Under the pieces are notes generated by a model. The model did not search any database. It was not told the origin of the DNA and worked only from the letters and a program-made list of their open reading frames with translations. A stretch of DNA of 64,000 nucleotides, taken from NCBI GenBank assembly GCA_028820455.1, contig JAPPJC010000049.1:39168-103167 (forward strand), written 5' to 3'. Numbering within the stretch: position 1 is the first letter of the stretch; the number at the start of each line of letters is the position of its first letter. Made by a program: the position numbers and the translations under genes. Of this stretch, positions 58,638 to 64,000 are shown in pieces. The stretch is from Acidimicrobiaceae bacterium. Its GTDB lineage: Bacteria > Actinomycetota > Acidimicrobiia > Acidimicrobiales > Aldehydirespiratoraceae.

Positions 58638-61035
58638 AACCCAGCCTCTCGAGATGTTCCTGGAGTCGGGCAGTAGCAGCATCTCGTTCAGCTTCGAATT
58701 CTCCCAGAGTTGTGCCGTACTTGTCGATTAGGTTGTTGTACCAAGCGTCGGTTTTGCGTTGGATCTCTGCGAAGTGATCGTCTACGAGCTTTTCGATACG
58801 GCCTCTGAGCACGCCGATCGCCTCTGTCGGGGCATCTGCTTCTTCCATGGCACCGAGAGCATCACGAGCTGCGTCGAGAAGTGAGATATCCAACGTTCGG
58901 ACTCTCGTCTTGAGTAAACGGGACTCTGACTTCATCTGTTTGATCTTGGTAGGGCTCAGAACGTTAGTGTCAGCAGCACCGTCGTCGTTGTTCACTGCTG
59001 TGGCTGCTTTGATTCTGGTGTTGAGGTCGGCTAGTGTGGCGGCCAACTCCGACCTGGATGCGAGCTGCGGACCGGCTAGGAGTTTCACAACAGCCTGATC
59101 GGCTAGGGCCGGAGCGTTCTTGTCGTCTTGGCTGGTTTCAGCGGTGGTCAGCCAGGCTTCAATCACTGCTTTCCATCCTCTACTGACCGCCGTTTTGAGT
59201 TCGTAGAAGCTTTCTTGCCACCAGGTAGCGGATATGCCAGCGGCTTCGAAGCGGTCCATGCCATCTGCCGTCATGCGGTCTGTGAACTTTTCTACGAGCT
59301 CCTGGCGTACTCCGGCGAGGCTGTCGCGTCCGGGCAGGTTTTGCAGCATCGGCTCTACCGTATCGTTCCACCATTGGGGCCAGGGGCTGACCGCGGCCCG
59401 CTGGGACACTGCATCGCTTATGATGCTGTGTGCGGCTTCACGTTCTTGTGGTGATGTGACGTTATGGTGGCACCAGTCGGCGTAGCCGTCACCCCGGTCA
59501 GTGAACAGGAGAGCGGCATCGAGGCCTGCCTGGTCGTGGAGCTCCTTGGCGGCGTTGATTTCGGCTACTGGCACGCCGCCGTGGAGGTGGGCTCGCACGT
59601 CGTGGGGTTCGGGTGGTGGCGAGTTGTCGGCGTAGCGTCGGATGTTGCAGTTGAAATCGTTTTCGGCTAGCTCTTCTATGGTGACGACTCTGGCGAAGCT
59701 GTCTACGTCGGTGAAGCTGTGGTAGGCGGCGGTGATCTTCTCTTCGTCACGGGGGCGTAGGTGGTTCTGAGCCCGGCCTGCGTAGTAGTCACGGTCGGCG
59801 TTGATGAACAGCACTCTGCCCCGACGACTGGGCGGTTTGGAGCCGGGTGCCCGCAGGATCAGGATGGCAGCGGGGATGCCGGTGCCGTAGAACAGGTTCG
59901 GAGCTAGACCGATCACGGTGTCGAGCAGATCAGCCTCGATGATCTTACGGCGGATCTCACCTTCCGTGCCGCCACGGAACAGCACGCCGTGGGGCATGAC
60001 AGTGGCGACGATGCCGCCGGGTTTGTCGCCGTCTTCGGGTTTGAGCACGGCCAGCATGTGCTGCAGGAACATCAGATCGGCCTTCTTGCCGCCTTCGGGG
60101 GTGTAGCCGTAACGGAACCGCTCGGGGTGGGTGAGCGACGCCTTGTCGTAGTTCTGACTGAACGGCGGATTGGTGATCACCCGGTCGAAACGCTTCAGCT
60201 CGCCACCGCTGACGTGCTCGGGACTGGCGAGGGTGTCATTGTTGCGCAGGTCGGCATCGTATATGCCGTGCAACAGCATGTTCATCTTCGAAATCGACCA
60301 GGTAGTACCATTGTTCTCCTGCCCGGCCAGTTCCAGATTGTTCGGGTCGCCGCCGTTGTCGGCCACATGGTTACGGGCGTAGATCAGCATACCGCCCGAC
60401 CCCGAACATGGGTCGTAGATACTCATACCCTCCTGCGGGTCGAGCAGGCGCACCATCAGCTGCACCACCGGCCTAGGAGTGTAAAACTCGCCGCCCTTCT
60501 TACCCGCAGAATCCGCGAAGTCGCGGATCAGATACTCGTAGGCCGCGCCCAATAGGTCAGGGAACTCGAAATCGGAGTTGCGCAGCCGGTAGCGCGAGAA
60601 ATGGTCGATAAGGTTGCGCCACTTCTTGTCCGACACGGTGGTGGTGCCGACCCGCCGGTTGAAGTCTATATGCTGCAACACCCCCTCCAACGGCGGGTTC
60701 TCCTGCTCCAACCCACTAAGAGCCTTATTGAGTCCATCCCCTACTTGTCTGTGCAGCTCGTTCTGCAGATACTCCCACCGGGCCTGCTCGGGCACGAAAA
60801 ACGCCTCATTGTAGAAGTCCCGGTCGCAGGCCCGTCGCTCGGCCTGCTCACGCGAACGTCCTCTGGCCATCTCACGCTCTATGAGCCGCTGACGTTCCTC
60901 ATCGAACACGTCGCTGGCTCTCTTCAAGAACAGCACTCCGAAAATGTACTCCTTGAACTCGGAGGCGTCCATTTTACCCCGCAGAATATCCGCCGCCGTA
61001 AACAGATGCCGCTCAAGCTGTCGTAACGTAAGCAC
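58630..61035 (-). CDS. hsdM: Type I R-M N6-adenine DNA methyltransferase subunit
   Basis: 801 aa. HsdM N-domain (LWxAADILRG-type [23 protein letters not shown]), motif [13 protein letters not shown], motif [10 protein letters not shown]. Long helical C-terminal extension. Confidence 0.93.
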   Translation of the reverse strand: MLTLRQLERHLFTAADILRGKMDASEFKEYIFGVLFLKRASDVFDEERQRLIEREMARGRSREQAERRACDRDFYNEAFFVPEQARWEYLQNELHRQVGDGLNKALSGLEQENPPLEGVLQHIDFNRRVGTTTVSDKKWRNLIDHFSRYRLRNSDFEFPDLLGAAYEYLIRDFADSAGKKGGEFYTPRPVVQLMVRLLDPQEGMSIYDPCSGSGGMLIYARNHVADNGGDPNNLELAGQENNGTTWSISKMNMLLHGIYDADLRNNDTLASPEHVSGGELKRFDRVITNPPFSQNYDKASLTHPERFRYGYTPEGGKKADLMFLQHMLAVLKPEDGDKPGGIVATVMPHGVLFRGGTEGEIRRKIIEADLLDTVIGLAPNLFYGTGIPAAILILRAPGSKPPSRRGRVLFINADRDYYAGRAQNHLRPRDEEKITAAYHSFTDVDSFARVVTIEELAENDFNCNIRRYADNSPPPEPHDVRAHLHGGVPVAEINAAKELHDQAGLDAALLFTDRGDGYADWCHHNVTSPQEREAAHSIISDAVSQRAAVSPWPQWWNDTVEPMLQNLPGRDSLAGVRQELVEKFTDRMTADGMDRFEAAGISATWWQESFYELKTAVSRGWKAVIEAWLTTAETSQDDKNAPALADQAVVKLLAGPQLASRSELAATLADLNTRIKAATAVNNDDGAADTNVLSPTKIKQMKSESRLLKTRVRTLDISLLDAARDALGAMEEADAPTEAIGVLRGRIEKLVDDHFAEIQRKTDAWYNNLIDKYGTTLGEFEAERDAATARLQEHLERLGYG

Positions 61036-61436
61036 ATCAGCAGTCTAGACGATAGGTGCGACACAACGTTCCACACAACGGAAACTATCCTCGCAATCCT
61101 ATCCACCCAGATACAACGTCTACGGTTATCACACTTAGCACTACGAGTGCTCCGCGTCGAAGCTATCCTGTGATCAGTCAACACAGGCAACGTCAACAAT
61201 ACTGGTCACACCAATTCCAGCAGAGCTCCACCCACACTCACACCCCATACCCATCATCAATCCCACGTTTTCGCTAAGAGCCGCTTTGTGTGTCCGGTTC
61301 CCTGTGTCATAGGAAGCCGGTACAGTAGCATCATTGATTAAGTGGATAATAGATGCAAGCTCATAATAGGTAGTCAATGTCGTATTCGCTGTTGTTGACT
61401 TATCGAGTAATGTTTAAAGGTATAATGTGATTTAAT

Positions 61437-63287
61437 ATGAAAGTTGATATTGTTACTTTCAAAGAACTGTTCCAAAAAGATGTGCAGTATCAAGTTCCAA
61501 TCTTTCAGCGTGAGTATGTTTGGACGCTTGAGAACCAGTGGGAAGTACTCTGGGAGGACATTCAGGAAACTGCTGAAGAATACCTTAAAAAGCTCAAAAA
61601 GTTAGATAATGATAGAGCCAAGGCACAGCAGCGCACGCGAAGGCATTTCATGGGTGCTGTAGTGCTCCAGCAGAAGCAGGGGACCATAGCGGATACGCAG
61701 AAGTGCGACATCATCGACGGTCAGCAGCGCATTACCACAGCTCAACTCATCTTGGATGCAGCGCGAGATGTCATCGGAGGAACCTTGGGAGACAGAAGAG
61801 CGAAGAATCTGGAACAACTGGTGGGCAATCGGTTCGTGGAAGGCACGGATCGATTCAAGCTTTGGCCAGCACGCAGTGACAGGGATGCCTTCCGGTATGC
61901 CATGACCAAAGGTGATGAAGGATCCGATAGCACACCCTCTGGGATATGCGTTGCACACGGTTACTTCCGCGATCGAATAGAAGAGTGGTTGAACTCTGAT
62001 TTTGATGCGGACGACACTGTGACCGTTGAAAAGAAGGCTCACGCTCTTGAGACGACTCTGCTCGGACTATTCGAATTCGTGACGATCGATCTGGCGGTTG
62101 ATGATGACTCCAATATCATATTCGAAGTGTTGAACGCGCGCGGTACGCCTCTGTCGCCTGCTGATCTGATCAAGAATTACATACTCTACACAGCGGAGAA
62201 GGAAGGACGGCAGGGCAGCGCGGAGGAGCTTCACGATAAGGTTTGGGGACAGTTTCTTGATCCATGGTGGAGCTTGGAAGTACGGCAGGGTGCTCTGATC
62301 CGTACTCAACTGGATATCTTCCTCAACTACTGGTTGGCATCAGCCTTAACAAAAGAAATAAGATCAAGCCGCGTGTATCCCGAATTTGTGGAATACGTGA
62401 GAGAACAGAGCCAGTCCTCTGCTGAATACTCAATACAAACGATAGCTGGTGAAATCAATCGATACAGTAAGATCTATCACGGGTGGTATGAGTATGCACA
62501 GGACGGTCATCCAGCTTTCGGTGGTTTCTTCCGGCGCAGTTGGAGATGCGGGCTGGGTGGAATGAGTCCTCTAGTGCTATGGCTGTTTGCACAACGTGAT
62601 CACGGACTGCCTGAAGAGGAACTTGTGCGCATTGTCGGTCACATAGAGAGTTTTCTCGTGCGAAGGGCGATGTGTCGGATTAATACCGCTGGTTTGAATC
62701 GCCTGAGCGTTACACTCCTGGGGCGTGTTCGTGAAGTTGACGATAAGCAGATACTTCATACACTCACAAGTACACTCACAGATATGCAAGGTACTCTACG
62801 TTGGCCGACTGATGATGAAGTTGAACAGGCAGTACTCGAACAGCCGATGTATGGTCGTGTGGGTGTTGACAAGATCCGGATGATTCTCGCTGCCTTGGAA
62901 GAACAGGAACGTCGGAAAGATCCATACTCCCAATCCGTTGCAGAAGACCTGGAGAAACGGACTGTCGAACACGTAATGCCCCGAGCATGGCATGATAATT
63001 GGCCACCACCAGATGGCACGAATCACGAAAATGGGCTTGCACGACGCAATCTCCTAGTCGATACGCTGGGCAATCTCACTCTGCTGACTGGAAAACTCAA
63101 TGCCTTTATCTCGAATGGCCCGTGGCACGTGAAACGTGAAGCATTCAGTGAACACCCAGGCTTGTACATAACTCAAGATGTGCAGAAAACACAGGAATGG
63201 TCAGACGACGCCATCCAAAATCGCGGGCGAAATCTGCTTTATGAAATACTGAAAACATGGCCGCGCCCCAGTAGCGAGCCCTTATGA
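61437..63287 (+). CDS. GmrSD-like type IV restriction enzyme (DUF262 + DUF1524)
   Basis: 616 aa. [10 protein letters not shown] (DUF262 DGQQR motif). C-terminal EHVMPRAW...[11 protein letters not shown] (His-Me/HNH-like DUF1524). Confidence 0.85.
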   Translation: MKVDIVTFKELFQKDVQYQVPIFQREYVWTLENQWEVLWEDIQETAEEYLKKLKKLDNDRAKAQQRTRRHFMGAVVLQQKQGTIADTQKCDIIDGQQRITTAQLILDAARDVIGGTLGDRRAKNLEQLVGNRFVEGTDRFKLWPARSDRDAFRYAMTKGDEGSDSTPSGICVAHGYFRDRIEEWLNSDFDADDTVTVEKKAHALETTLLGLFEFVTIDLAVDDDSNIIFEVLNARGTPLSPADLIKNYILYTAEKEGRQGSAEELHDKVWGQFLDPWWSLEVRQGALIRTQLDIFLNYWLASALTKEIRSSRVYPEFVEYVREQSQSSAEYSIQTIAGEINRYSKIYHGWYEYAQDGHPAFGGFFRRSWRCGLGGMSPLVLWLFAQRDHGLPEEELVRIVGHIESFLVRRAMCRINTAGLNRLSVTLLGRVREVDDKQILHTLTSTLTDMQGTLRWPTDDEVEQAVLEQPMYGRVGVDKIRMILAALEEQERRKDPYSQSVAEDLEKRTVEHVMPRAWHDNWPPPDGTNHENGLARRNLLVDTLGNLTLLTGKLNAFISNGPWHVKREAFSEHPGLYITQDVQKTQEWSDDAIQNRGRNLLYEILKTWPRPSSEPL

Positions 63288-63293
63288 AGTCGC

Positions 63294-63562
63294 AGTCGCA
63301 GGCCCGTCGCTCGGCCTGCTCACGCGAACGTCCTCTGGTCATCTCACGCTCTATGAGCCGCTGACGTTCCTCATCGAACACGTCGCTGGCTCTCTTCAAG
63401 AACAGCACTCCGAAAATGTACTCCTTGAACTCGGAGGCGTCCATTTTACCCCGCAGAATATCCGCCGCCGTAAACAGATGCCGCTCAAGCTGTCGTAACG
63501 TAAGCACATCAGCAGTCTAGACGATAGGTGCGACACGACGTTCCACACAATGGAAACTATCC
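63294..63562 (-). pseudogene. Duplicated hsdM 5' end plus leader (truncated copy)
   Basis: About 98% identical by eye to 60823-61091. Encodes the first ~72 aa of HsdM ([20 protein letters not shown]...), then runs into the 3' end of the GmrSD-like gene. Confidence 0.85.
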
Positions 63563-63647
63563 CACTACCTCTCGGTTTTGCGGTTAGTATTTGCACAACC
63601 CGTGGGACTGTGTCGTGAAACTCATGATATGATGATATCATGATACT

Positions 63648-63857
63648 ATGAGCAAGCAGACGACTGTGCGTCTTCCAGACGATTTAGCCCGAGAAGCTGA
63701 GGCGGTAGCCCGCGTGCAAGATTCGAGCATGAACCAGCTCATCATTGATTCGCTGCGTGCAGAGATCGACCGGGTGAGAGCCGACGACGATTTCACATCC
63801 AGAGCAACGAGGCTGATACAACGCGACCGGGAGCTGTTGGAACGCCTGGCTCGGTGA
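63648..63857 (+). CDS. Ribbon-helix-helix antitoxin
   Basis: 69 aa. MSKQTTVRLPDDLAREAEAVARVQDSSMNQLIIDSL. GTGA overlap with the downstream toxin start. Confidence 0.75.
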   Translation: MSKQTTVRLPDDLAREAEAVARVQDSSMNQLIIDSLRAEIDRVRADDDFTSRATRLIQRDRELLERLAR

Positions 63858-64000
63858 CGAGATACCTCGGCTTAGCCGAGTACCTGTGGCTTGCCGAACA
63901 AGTCACAGGCATCCCTGCCGATATCCTGTCAGAGTCCAAGCCGCATAGAACTCGCGGACTCTGCCCTTCACGCTCCTATGGCCTCTTTTGGTGGTGATGA
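63854..64000 (+). CDS. doc: Doc/Fic-family toxin, 5' part (runs off window; apparent frameshift)
   Basis: VTRYLGLAEYLWLAEQVTGIPADIL in one frame is followed by SRIELADSALHAPMASFGGD in the +1 frame, both typical of a Doc N-terminus. The switch is near AAGCCGC at 63938-63944. Confidence 0.5.

Noticed and set aside
59989-60555. 188-aa plus-strand ORF
   Set aside because: It is antisense to hsdM, which has unambiguous methyltransferase motifs on the minus strand.
63145-63507. 120-aa minus-strand ORF as a functional small HsdM-like protein
   Set aside because: Only the first ~72 codons are hsdM-derived. The remainder is read-through antisense to the 3' end of the GmrSD-like gene. I interpret it as a truncated duplicate.
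1-64000. tRNA, rRNA or other structured RNA genes
   Set aside because: Scanning intergenic regions by eye found no cloverleaf-compatible segments or rRNA-like conserved blocks. This is not a substitute for tRNAscan or Infernal.

Overview
The window has two parts. (1) Positions 1-27150 are an array of three co-clustered paralogous gene families on both strands. Family A (6 copies) encodes predicted lipoproteins with motifs APQWPFRGLVQLW, RYWSWD, HLPCYSGVTW and TCGAN. Family C (11 copies plus remnants) encodes N-terminally membrane-anchored proteins with motifs APVWPFRGIV, LQYWN.ETG, VPWGDEAYP, GTDG(F/Y)(Y/H)YG and AGDTGEVVACG, and is distantly related to A. Family B encodes a leaderless LAS/M15-like zinc peptidase (H-x6-D plus HxH) with a peptidoglycan-binding-like C-terminus. 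B has 4 intact copies, 2 interrupted copies and 2 fragments. The array is built from segmental duplications and inversions, and I cannot assign A or C to any family I know. (2) Positions 27.3-64.0 kb are a defence/addiction island nested inside a split type I R-M system. hsdR plus a DUF45/M48 peptidase lie at 27.3-31.6 kb, and hsdM-hsdS at 57.5-61.0 kb. The island holds several toxin-antitoxin modules (Phd/RelE, RHH/VapC, HicAB, VapBC, a degraded Phd/VapC, an orphan Phd, RHH/Doc). It also holds a type II R-M pair, an SF1 helicase, a DUF4143 AAA ATPase, a standalone TOPRIM-like protein and a GmrSD-like type IV enzyme. Mobile DNA comprises IS481-like remnants and an IS1595 element with terminal inverted repeats and a target-site duplication. 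The most notable locus is a translationally coupled five-gene operon at 47556-53980. It encodes a helical protein, two tandem P-loop GTPases, a large adaptor and a nucleoside-phosphorylase-like effector. Adaptor and effector share a C-terminal domain. To my recollection this matches the computationally predicted, experimentally uncharacterised double-GTPase conflict system. No rRNA, tRNA or CRISPR array was seen by eye. Several apparent frameshifts fall in G/C homopolymer runs and may be sequencing artefacts.
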